This document shows positions 17,982 to 25,895 of a stretch of 43,471 bases of DNA, piece after piece; positions within the stretch are counted from its first letter, which is position 1, and every line of letters begins with the position of its first letter. Below the pieces are notes generated by a model, which saw only the letters and a program-made list of their open reading frames with translations, was not told the DNA's origin and did no database searches. The stretch comes from Lachnospiraceae bacterium. Its GTDB lineage: Bacteria > Bacillota_I > Bacilli_A > RFN20 > CAG-826. The translations under genes were made by a program, and so were the position numbers. The stretch lies in the NCBI GenBank assembly GCA_963658395.1, contig CAVKPZ010000003.1:1-43471 (forward strand). The letters run 5' to 3'.

Positions 17982-19616
17982 CTAGCGAAGGATGACTTTG
18001 ATTCCCTTTGGGGCGTCTATTTTCGTCTCCGTCCCTTCTTCTACGTTGGTTTTCACTTTTCCATATGGAGTAGGGAAACTCGCCGATATCGCTTTTAGCC
18101 CGCCTAGATCCGGGTGCAGAGACAAAACCTTGCATCCTGGCTCTTCAATTTTTATCCCCAAAATGCATTCATAGAGGAAGGGGATGGGACCCACGGACCA
18201 GCCGTGGCAAAGCGAATTGCGGTAGCCGAGGTAGCAATGGTCCCCGAAATCCCCGTGGATGTCTTTTAGGCCTTTTGGAGTGGGCTCATCGATTGAGCCG
18301 CTCCCGTTCATCATCGCCATGTCGAAATTCTCCCAGAAGGTCGTAGCGCCTTTAGAGAGCATCGCCCCATAGAACTCACGGCAGATCGAAAGAGCCTCCT
18401 TCGCGGAGATAAGCTCCGAGATGGCTTTGAAGATCGCGTAACTATAATGGATGGAAACCCCGTTTGCGTCGCCTTCTAACAGTTTCTTCTTCGCCTCTTC
18501 TTTGCCAATCATTCCTGCGAGGTAGCCTAGGGCGACCACCGGCTTCAGTTTAAGGCCTTTCGATGGGCTTTTGCGGAGTTTCTCTTCCAAATCCTTTGCT
18601 AAAGCGTCCTCTTTTAGGCTAAGCCATTTCCGAAGCTTCTTGTAGCTCTCTAGGCTTAAAAGGAAGAGGAAACGGTTCCCTTCCTCGCACTCATCATCGT
18701 GGCCCGCGGAAGGCCAATCGAAGAAAAAGCCCTTCCTTGCTTTGGCTTTGCCTAGAGAATAGTCGATTTCCCCATCTTCCTTCACGCAGGGGCCCAATTG
18801 AGCTATGACCCCTTCTAGATAATCCATGTGGGAAAGGGCCAAAGAGGGGTCCCCCGTATGGAGATAATGCTCATAAAGAATTTGGATCAAGGAGAAGGAG
18901 TAGGTGGGGATGTTGCCAAACCAGCAAGGCAAGGGGTTCTTCTCTATGGACAGGTCGACGGCCCTTTTGATGTAGTCGTTTTTAGGATAGAGCCAGCCCA
19001 TGGCCTCGACCTCTTGCTGCATGTCTCCTATCCACACGAGGCGGTCGCGCTTGATGCCCTCTAGCAGCTCTTCCTGCAGGTTCAGGTAGATGGTCCTTTC
19101 GGCTGCTTCATAGATACGATTCGTCAAAGGGTCGTTGGAGACAAACTTGCCTTCGCTTTTTAGTTTCGTGTGGACGTAGGAGGCGTAGATGTTCTCGATG
19201 CGGTATTCCCCTTCGTCTAGGAAGTCGAGGCGGATGAAACGGAAGCCCGTCTTCCCGAACTCGAAATCGGAAAGGTGGTTGAGGGTGAGGGCTATATCGC
19301 GGAGCGAATGGTCGTTGGTCGCGTTCTTCTCGCCTAACTCGGCGTTAGCCTCCCCAAAGGACTCCCCGAAGCGAAGCCGGATCTTTTGATGGTAATTTGG
19401 GGAGAACTTATGAGAGAGGATGCGCACCCCTCCTTGAATCTCCTTGCCAAAATCAAGGACGATGGAGCAAGGGCCGTAAAAAACGGCCACGTTCGGCTCA
19501 ACGGTGAAAATCACGCTTCCCTTGTTGCTAAGCAAGCAATCCGCATTCTCGATACGCCCTTGTTTGGCCAATAGACGAGTTGGCAACAGATATTCTTTGA
19601 CTAATTCGCTTCTCAT
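17982..19616 (-). CDS. GH78-like six-hairpin glycoside hydrolase, paralog of 16348-17958
   Basis: The track ORF runs to 19802, but its first 62 codons overlap the upstream gene and look non-protein-like. ATG at 19616 (MRSELVKEYLLPTRL) forms an ATGA overlap with the upstream stop (19613-19615). Shares GEKNATNDHSLRD, LEGIKRDRLVWIGDMQQE, ATTFWENFD, LCHGWSVG, CKVLSLHPDLGGLKAISASFPTPYGKVK with its paralog. Confidence 0.55.
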   Translation of the reverse strand: MRSELVKEYLLPTRLLAKQGRIENADCLLSNKGSVIFTVEPNVAVFYGPCSIVLDFGKEIQGGVRILSHKFSPNYHQKIRLRFGESFGEANAELGEKNATNDHSLRDIALTLNHLSDFEFGKTGFRFIRLDFLDEGEYRIENIYASYVHTKLKSEGKFVSNDPLTNRIYEAAERTIYLNLQEELLEGIKRDRLVWIGDMQQEVEAMGWLYPKNDYIKRAVDLSIEKNPLPCWFGNIPTYSFSLIQILYEHYLHTGDPSLALSHMDYLEGVIAQLGPCVKEDGEIDYSLGKAKARKGFFFDWPSAGHDDECEEGNRFLFLLSLESYKKLRKWLSLKEDALAKDLEEKLRKSPSKGLKLKPVVALGYLAGMIGKEEAKKKLLEGDANGVSIHYSYAIFKAISELISAKEALSICREFYGAMLSKGATTFWENFDMAMMNGSGSIDEPTPKGLKDIHGDFGDHCYLGYRNSLCHGWSVGPIPFLYECILGIKIEEPGCKVLSLHPDLGGLKAISASFPTPYGKVKTNVEEGTETKIDAPKGIKVILR

Positions 19617-22396
19617 GCTTCGCTCACCTCGTAGACGATCCGGTAATAGCCATCTTCCAGATTGGGCATTTCCCTCTCTTCCAATTGGACCACAGATCGG
19701 TCTAGCTGAACAGGGCCTAGGAGGATTTTGGAGAGGGTCTTGCCCTCTAGATTTTCGACCCGGATCTCGATTCGGTAGATCTTGTTGTCGGGGCATCCGC
19801 ACAAAAGAGGCTGGAGAGTATGGCCTTCCCCCCAGAGGATGTCGGTTGAGGAGTCAAAGCAAACGGCGTCTTGGAAGGTTTCCCTCAAGGCGTAGAAAGA
19901 AAGCTTGGGATAGCCTTGGTAATCGAAAGGGGGCTTGAGGTAAGAGCCTTCGTTGGCCCCACTAGAGAGGGCACACCAAAGCAATCCGTCCACCCCGTCC
20001 CCGAGCATTTTTTTAGAAGCGCTTTTGGCACCGAGGGCCTGATAGGCCTGGGAGAGGAGGAAGTCGTGGTTGAAATCGTAGCCCAGGGCTTTCTCATCCC
20101 CGTATTCGTAGGAATCCGAGTTGAAGAACTCTCTTGCTTTCGGGGCATTCGGATTCGCCCTGCCAATGAGGGCGAATTCGCTCACGAGGAAGGAGGTCTT
20201 CTCGCTTTTTAGCAAATCAAGGTAGCCAGACCAGTCCTGCTTGCGGAGCTTATCCCAGCCTAGTCCATAGCCAAGCAGCCAATTGTAGGCGTGGCTGGAG
20301 CGCACGATGGAGGGGTCGTTCCAAGAAGGGTCGGCTTGGACTGGCCCCCCGAAATGGTCTTTCCTCCCATCGTCTTGATAATAGAAGCAGCCAAGATCGT
20401 AGGAGTCTGCGGCGTAATATAAGTGGGAGACCGGGGAGAGCAATCTCGTGGGGTCGACTTCTTTTAGCGAGGAGAAGGCGCGATAGGACGCATCGATGTC
20501 TTGCTGGTAGAGGCCTTGCTCGTTGAGCCCTTCGTAAAGGAGAATGGAGGGGTGGTTGATCACGTCCTTAATCTGATGAATGTAACCTTCCTTTTGCCTC
20601 CAGTTAGGATCCCACATGCAGGTGGCCAAGGAATCGATGAAGCGCGTGGTCCAAATGACGTTCAAGCCAACGGAATCGAAGATACGCGCGTATCTTTCTT
20701 CGGCGTTCCCATAGCCAAGCACGTGCATGCGCACGGTGTTGCAGTTCATCGCCTTGGCTTTCAAAGCCTCTTTTAGGATTGTTTCGTCTGTGGGGCAAAT
20801 GTGCTGCAAAGGCAGTTCCTCGATTGGCCAAGGATATTGCATGAGCAGAGCCCCTTTCAGCACGTAAGGGGCTCCGTTTAGACGCAATTCCCCGTTTTTT
20901 TGCTCGATGGTCCGGAAACCATAACTCAGGCAAAAGGAGTCGATTTTGCGACCTTTTTGAATGAGATTGATCGTTATTTCATGCAGATTCGGCTCTTCTG
21001 GACTCCACACGCTGGTGTCGAAGTCCACCTCATACTCGAGGTGCGTATCCCCTTTATTCAAAGCGAATTCCTCCCTTGAGCGGAAGGCGTCATCGCAATA
21101 GGCCTCGATGGCTATGTCTTTTCTCGAATCGCTAAAAACGTCAAGGCAGACCTTCGCGCGGCTATCCTTAATGGTTTGGATTTTCACGAAGCTTAGATAG
21201 GCCTCTTTGCTCCGCTCCTCTAGATAGGCTTCGCCGGAGAACCAGCCGTAATAAGGATCCTTGCCTCGGTGCCAGGTGCAGAAATTCTCGCTGCACCGTG
21301 GCTCAATGACTAGTTCCAGCTTGTTTTTCCCTTCTTGCACGTAAGGGGTGAGTTCAAGGTCCCTAGAAAGGAAGTCCGGGCAAGGGAATTCCTTACCGTT
21401 AAAAAGGACTTTGCCGCAGGGGTCAAGGCAAGAGAGATGAAGGAAGAGAGAACGCTCGCTTTTCCGATATTCGAAGGTCTTCTTCAGGCGCAAAGTCTCG
21501 TATGCGTGCTTCTCTCCCCCGATTCCAAATGGGAGGTCGGCTTTCCCTAGGTAACGTTCCTGCTTCTTTTTGGCTTTCTCGAAGGGGTCGATCTCTTGGC
21601 CTTCCTCGTTATAGACTCCTCGTAGCTCAACCTCCATATCTCCCATGGGGTAGAAGCCGGAGCTTCCCATCAAAACGTTAGGAAGGCCAGAACAGGGGAA
21701 GCTCGCTTTTTTGCCTTGGGTTGAGATTTCCACTCCCTTCGAGGAGAAGGAAAGACGAAGATCAAAATCTTTTCCAAAGGGGAAGGAAGCGATCTCGTGG
21801 TTCGAATAATGGTAGATGTCTTTTTCAAGAAGCCTCGCATCAAGCGAGCCGTCGCTATAGAACTGTAGGCGGATGATTTCCTGGGTGCCTCTTCGGAATT
21901 CCAAAACCTTCCCCATCGTGGTGACCGTCTTTTTGCCACGCAGAGGCGTGAAGAAATCCTCGCTGATGCGCAGCTTGAGATCGATCCTTGAAATCAAGGA
22001 GGGGAGATCAAGAAGGAAGCCGGAAGAAGGGTAGATTCCTTGCCCGATGAGGCGGATTCTTTTTCCGCTTACCTTGCAGCGAGAAGTGAAAAGATGGAGA
22101 TGCTCATACTCTCCTTCGACTTTGGAATAGGCCTCTAGCCCCTGAAGGTAGGTCCTGGATCGGAATTCGTTTCTCTCTGGCTTTATTTTGCCTTTCCATT
22201 CGGAGAGATCCTCGTCTTTAACGACCTCTTGGTCTAGCTTCGCGTCTACGAAGGAAGAGTAATCTTTGGCGAAGACCTTCAGATAATCGATCTGCTCCTT
22301 TAAAGATAGGGCGCTTTCGGGGCCATTGAAATCCCCGGCCCCTTGATGGGCTTTCCGATAAGAGATGAGTTCGTAGTAACGGTGCTTATTTTTCAT
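19613..22396 (-). CDS. GH2-like glycoside hydrolase with ~300-aa N-terminal extension, cytoplasmic
   Basis: 927 aa, no signal peptide. GH2 sugar-binding-domain pattern LFLHLSCLDPCGKVLFNGKEF...DLELTPYVQEGKNKLELVI. TIM-barrel entry FRTIEQKNGELRLNGAPYVLKG. NCNTVRMH, INHPSILLYEGLNEQG (acid/base NE) and FLVSEFALIG (candidate nucleophile). Substrate specificity cannot be read from the sequence. Confidence 0.6.
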   Translation of the reverse strand: MKNKHRYYELISYRKAHQGAGDFNGPESALSLKEQIDYLKVFAKDYSSFVDAKLDQEVVKDEDLSEWKGKIKPERNEFRSRTYLQGLEAYSKVEGEYEHLHLFTSRCKVSGKRIRLIGQGIYPSSGFLLDLPSLISRIDLKLRISEDFFTPLRGKKTVTTMGKVLEFRRGTQEIIRLQFYSDGSLDARLLEKDIYHYSNHEIASFPFGKDFDLRLSFSSKGVEISTQGKKASFPCSGLPNVLMGSSGFYPMGDMEVELRGVYNEEGQEIDPFEKAKKKQERYLGKADLPFGIGGEKHAYETLRLKKTFEYRKSERSLFLHLSCLDPCGKVLFNGKEFPCPDFLSRDLELTPYVQEGKNKLELVIEPRCSENFCTWHRGKDPYYGWFSGEAYLEERSKEAYLSFVKIQTIKDSRAKVCLDVFSDSRKDIAIEAYCDDAFRSREEFALNKGDTHLEYEVDFDTSVWSPEEPNLHEITINLIQKGRKIDSFCLSYGFRTIEQKNGELRLNGAPYVLKGALLMQYPWPIEELPLQHICPTDETILKEALKAKAMNCNTVRMHVLGYGNAEERYARIFDSVGLNVIWTTRFIDSLATCMWDPNWRQKEGYIHQIKDVINHPSILLYEGLNEQGLYQQDIDASYRAFSSLKEVDPTRLLSPVSHLYYAADSYDLGCFYYQDDGRKDHFGGPVQADPSWNDPSIVRSSHAYNWLLGYGLGWDKLRKQDWSGYLDLLKSEKTSFLVSEFALIGRANPNAPKAREFFNSDSYEYGDEKALGYDFNHDFLLSQAYQALGAKSASKKMLGDGVDGLLWCALSSGANEGSYLKPPFDYQGYPKLSFYALRETFQDAVCFDSSTDILWGEGHTLQPLLCGCPDNKIYRIEIRVENLEGKTLSKILLGPVQLDRSVVQLEEREMPNLEDGYYRIVYEVSEA

Positions 22397-23567
22397 TGCT
22401 GATGAGGGCCATTTCGCCGGGCCTTAGCCAGCAGGATCCCTTTTTGTAGTCGGAGGTATCGGAGAAAGAGAAAATCGCGGCATCCGCTTTCTCCTGGTTC
22501 AGGTTCATCGCGAAGTAGTAACGCTTCCCTTTCTCGTCCTCGAAGACGGAGAGAAGGAGGGGGGAAGAGTGATCGCTAGAGAAAGAGAGGATCGTCCCGT
22601 CTGAGGAGAATTCCTCGATAAGGTGCCCTGGAAAGTTCACTTGGTAAGAGGCTCGATAGATGAGGCTTTCGTATTGGGAGAACTTCCTCTTGAACCAGAG
22701 CTGGGCCAAAGAGAGCTCCTCGTAGGTCAGGCTTGTTTTGCCGTTTAGCATCACCGGGAAAGCCCCGTCCGAGCCACTAAAGAGAGCGCTGAGACCAAAT
22801 CCGCTATCGGCGAACTTATACCAGCTCACCCCGGAGAAGCCGGAGAGGAAAGCGATTGACAAGACGTAGCGGAAGTCCTCGTAACGAGGATGGGCCATCT
22901 GGAAATGGCCGATGCAGCACCCGGCAAGCCAAGGACGAAGATGAGAAAGCTCAGAGGTTTTCTTCATGATGGAAATCGTCTTGAAGAACTCCTCGATCCC
23001 TCTTTCTCTTCCATATTCCCAGAGAGGGCCGTAATGGTCCATCCCCCATAGCTTGAGCCCGGAATCCTTTAGCAACTTGGCTAAAACCTCAGGGTATTCT
23101 TCCATGGGGAAGGAATAGATGTCTTTCTGGCTCTTTTGGTTGAAGTAGGGGAAGAAATTCACGAAGTTCGCTAGATGGGGCGCTTTCTCCTCGATGATGC
23201 GGTTAGCTTGGATGATGAAGGGGAAATCCTTTTCATAAGGCTCGTCGCCAAGAAAATAGCCAAGAACGTTAGGATGCTTCTTTAGAAGGGACAGGCTCTT
23301 GTCTAAATCGCATCGGAAAATCGCCTCGCCCTTCTCTTCGAGGGCTTTGTAGGAAACCCTCTCATCATAGAGCAAAACGGGGAGATCGCTCTCCTCCGCT
23401 TTGCTTAGATATCGCTCGAAGCGAGCCAAGGGGTGCTTGGCTGGGTTGAAGGTGTAGGTTGGCAGGAGGTTGATCCCCGCCTCTTTCGATAGGTGGATGA
23501 GGTTTTGCTCATACTCCACGGGGGAGAAGGCAAAGTAGGTCAGGATGAATTTGTCGCGATTTTCCAT
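22386..23567 (-). CDS. Cytoplasmic TIM-barrel-like glycoside-hydrolase candidate (xDEP family, paralog A)
   Basis: The track ORF runs to 23657, overlapping the upstream gene. ATG 23567 (MENRDKFILTYFAF) is preceded by GGGGGAGAAAGG. 393 aa. Motifs shared with 25896-27449 and 32438-33784: LSKEAGINLL, HPNVLGYFLGDEPY, FVNFFPYF, WGMDHYGP. The 3' end overlaps the GH2-like start by 11 nt. Confidence 0.45.
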   Translation of the reverse strand: MENRDKFILTYFAFSPVEYEQNLIHLSKEAGINLLPTYTFNPAKHPLARFERYLSKAEESDLPVLLYDERVSYKALEEKGEAIFRCDLDKSLSLLKKHPNVLGYFLGDEPYEKDFPFIIQANRIIEEKAPHLANFVNFFPYFNQKSQKDIYSFPMEEYPEVLAKLLKDSGLKLWGMDHYGPLWEYGRERGIEEFFKTISIMKKTSELSHLRPWLAGCCIGHFQMAHPRYEDFRYVLSIAFLSGFSGVSWYKFADSGFGLSALFSGSDGAFPVMLNGKTSLTYEELSLAQLWFKRKFSQYESLIYRASYQVNFPGHLIEEFSSDGTILSFSSDHSSPLLLSVFEDEKGKRYYFAMNLNQEKADAAIFSFSDTSDYKKGSCWLRPGEMALISNEK

Positions 23568-23598
23568 GGGAACTCGCCTTTCTCCCCCTTTGGGGTTT

Positions 23599-25878
23599 TC
23601 AGTCGACGATGATGGTGATGACGAGCTCGGCTTTGTTCCCGTAGGAGTCCTTGGCAATGAAGGTGCAGGTATGCTCGCCCTTTTTTAGCCTCCCGCGGGA
23701 ATCGACGGCCCCTTCGCTAAAGACGCGGTCGACGAGGACGTCCATCCCAAAGGCGTCGGTGGCGCTTACTAAGAACAAAGGAGCGCTGTCCCCTTCCTTC
23801 TTGTAGAGCGTCTTCTCGCCTTCGTAAAGGATACTAGGCGCCTCATCGGTCGTCTTGTCTTTCGAAGAGCCAACGAGAGTCTTGCTGATCGAGGCACTAT
23901 CGGGGGTGAAGGCGATGTCGTAATCATACTCCGAGGAGATGGAAGAGGGGCCGCTTGAGCTCCATTTCGCGCCTTCGTCTCGAGTGAAGGGGGTCTCTTT
24001 CTTCAAGATGAACTCCTCCTCTTCCGAAGCGACGTAGATGCCGCAGCGGAACAAGGTGGTGTCGACGACTTCCTCGACCTCGAAGACGATGATCTGCGCC
24101 TTGATCTCTTCCCCACTCTTTGAATAGACCTTGCCGTAATAGGGGGTGTTGTTCTGCAGAGAGTGGATGCCGCTTAGGCAGGAGTAGTCGAAGCTCACGA
24201 GGTTGTTGTAGTCCCCGCTCTTCAGGGAAGTCGCCCAGCGCGAGTTCCCCAAGGTGAAGGTCGAGCCTGCGCTCTCACTCACTTCCCCTAGGAGGTAGTT
24301 CCCATCCTCTTGCTTAGTGCATTCATAGTCCTTATCAATCTCGATGACGGGGAGCTTGGCGTTAGAAGAAGCAAGGAGGTTCTTCTTGCGGATCAGGAAT
24401 TTGTCTAGGCCACCGCTCGCCGTTAAAGAGAGGCTGAAATAGGTCTTGCCGTCCTTGATCTCGGTTTTCGTGAGGGTCAATGTTCCTCTCCCAAAATAGG
24501 AGGGCACGTTGTCCCCGCTCGTATAGCAAAGCGGGACATCGAAGCTCGCCGTGTCGAAATCGATGGAAGAGGCGATGAGCCCATCCTCCAAAGAGACCGA
24601 AACCGGGCCGGAATAGACTTGGACGCTCGTCTTGCTCCCTTCTCCTTCGCTCACGAGGTATTGCTTGGCCATCGTGAATTTGAAGTTGGGGTTGTCGCTG
24701 GCGGCGAATAAGGTCGTCGTCTTGATGATGAAGGGACTCTTCCAGACGGAGAGCTTCAGATCGACGATCCTCTTGCTGGTGGTCTCGTCGATCCCTTTGG
24801 CTTCCAAAGTGACCTCGTAAGACTCGTCGTAGATGTCGTAGACGAGCCCGGTGTAGGTTTTCCCTTCTTGGACGATCGAATCCTCAACCAAGAGGCGGTA
24901 GCGCTTCTCTTCCTCGCTGCACTCTAAGGCGCTTGAGGTGTCGATTTCCATCGTCGCGGCCATATTGACTTCGTCGACTTCTTCTATTGTCGCAGGCTGC
25001 CAGTTCTTCACGTGGGTGATGCAGTAGTTCATCTCAAAAGAGAAGCAATCGGCCTCGTCGGCAACGTTTTTGAAGACGGTGTCGCTGCTGAGGTAGACCT
25101 TTGGGATGAAGACGCTCGCCATCTGGAGGTCGACGATGCGGTACTTGTTTGTCGTCTCGCCATCGGTTACGTCCTCGCTTCCCCTGTCGAAGAAGGTGAT
25201 CGTGTACTTGATGCCGTATTCGTCGTAGACGGCGCCGCTATAGGTGGCGTTATAGGCGGTGGTCCCTAACTTCAGGTGGAGGCGGTAGAACATGCCGCTG
25301 CTCCCTCCTTCCGCCGGGTCGTCGCAGCTTTTGGCGCAGTCATGGATTGTGGTGAGCTTGGGATCAGCCCATTCGCTGACCGTCGCGGGTTGCCAATTCT
25401 GGACGTGGGTGAGCTGATAGTTCTTGTCGAAGCTCAGTTTGCTTGTCTCGTCGTCCGTCTGCGTGAAGACGGTGCTTTTCTTGAGGATGAGAGGGCTTAT
25501 GAAGGTACCCTCCATCTTAATATCGAGAACATGCACCTTAGTCTCATCTTCCAGTGTCGCGCTTCCAGCGACGTTTCGGACGAGGACCTCGTATTTGGTG
25601 CCGTTAGAATCGTAGGCTTCCCCTTTGTAGGCTTTTCCGTATGTCACGACTCCAAGGGTCGCGTAGACGCGGTAGAACATGCCGTTTGTTCCGCCTGCGG
25701 TCTCATCGCTATTGGATTTCTGGCAGCCGAAGATTGAAAGAGACTTGACCGTCTCATCCTCCGCATGGAGCGGGGTGGCTTCTTTTTGGGAATTGGCGTT
25801 CAAGGAAAGGGTGATCGCCCCGCTTAAGGCGGTGGCGGACAAGAGGAAGAGGGCGGTTGCTTTGCGTTTGAGATTCAT
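23599..25878 (-). CDS. Secreted protein with about five copies of the unassigned ~100-aa repeat plus a C-terminal Ig-like (DUF5011/HYR-like) module
   Basis: The track start at 25899 is a TTG. ATG 25878 (MNLKRKATALFLLSATALSGAITLSLNA) has AGGAGG 7 nt upstream. Repeats: GGTNGMFYRVYATL...YKGEAYDSNGTKYEVLVRN...HVLDIKM...LILKKSTVFTQTDDETSKLSFDKNYQLTHV; GGSSGMFYRLHLKL...YSGAVYDEYGIKYTITFFDRG...; RYRLLVED...YTGLVYDIYDESYEVTLEAKG...; plus two degenerate copies. C-terminus: VSATDAFGMDVLVDRVF...GEHTCTFIAKDSYGNKAELVITIIVD. Confidence 0.7.
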   Translation of the reverse strand: MNLKRKATALFLLSATALSGAITLSLNANSQKEATPLHAEDETVKSLSIFGCQKSNSDETAGGTNGMFYRVYATLGVVTYGKAYKGEAYDSNGTKYEVLVRNVAGSATLEDETKVHVLDIKMEGTFISPLILKKSTVFTQTDDETSKLSFDKNYQLTHVQNWQPATVSEWADPKLTTIHDCAKSCDDPAEGGSSGMFYRLHLKLGTTAYNATYSGAVYDEYGIKYTITFFDRGSEDVTDGETTNKYRIVDLQMASVFIPKVYLSSDTVFKNVADEADCFSFEMNYCITHVKNWQPATIEEVDEVNMAATMEIDTSSALECSEEEKRYRLLVEDSIVQEGKTYTGLVYDIYDESYEVTLEAKGIDETTSKRIVDLKLSVWKSPFIIKTTTLFAASDNPNFKFTMAKQYLVSEGEGSKTSVQVYSGPVSVSLEDGLIASSIDFDTASFDVPLCYTSGDNVPSYFGRGTLTLTKTEIKDGKTYFSLSLTASGGLDKFLIRKKNLLASSNAKLPVIEIDKDYECTKQEDGNYLLGEVSESAGSTFTLGNSRWATSLKSGDYNNLVSFDYSCLSGIHSLQNNTPYYGKVYSKSGEEIKAQIIVFEVEEVVDTTLFRCGIYVASEEEEFILKKETPFTRDEGAKWSSSGPSSISSEYDYDIAFTPDSASISKTLVGSSKDKTTDEAPSILYEGEKTLYKKEGDSAPLFLVSATDAFGMDVLVDRVFSEGAVDSRGRLKKGEHTCTFIAKDSYGNKAELVITIIVD

Positions 25879-25895
25879 ATTTCTTTCCTCCTTGC

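Noticed and set aside
19617-19802. 62-codon N-terminal extension of the GH78-like ORF in the track (MRMPRQQDLPNRDPGRKSRG...).
   Set aside because: It overlaps the 3' end of the upstream GH2-like gene and is Arg/Pro-rich. The paralog at 16348 aligns only from MRSELVKEY onwards. ATG 19616 makes an ATGA junction with the upstream stop.
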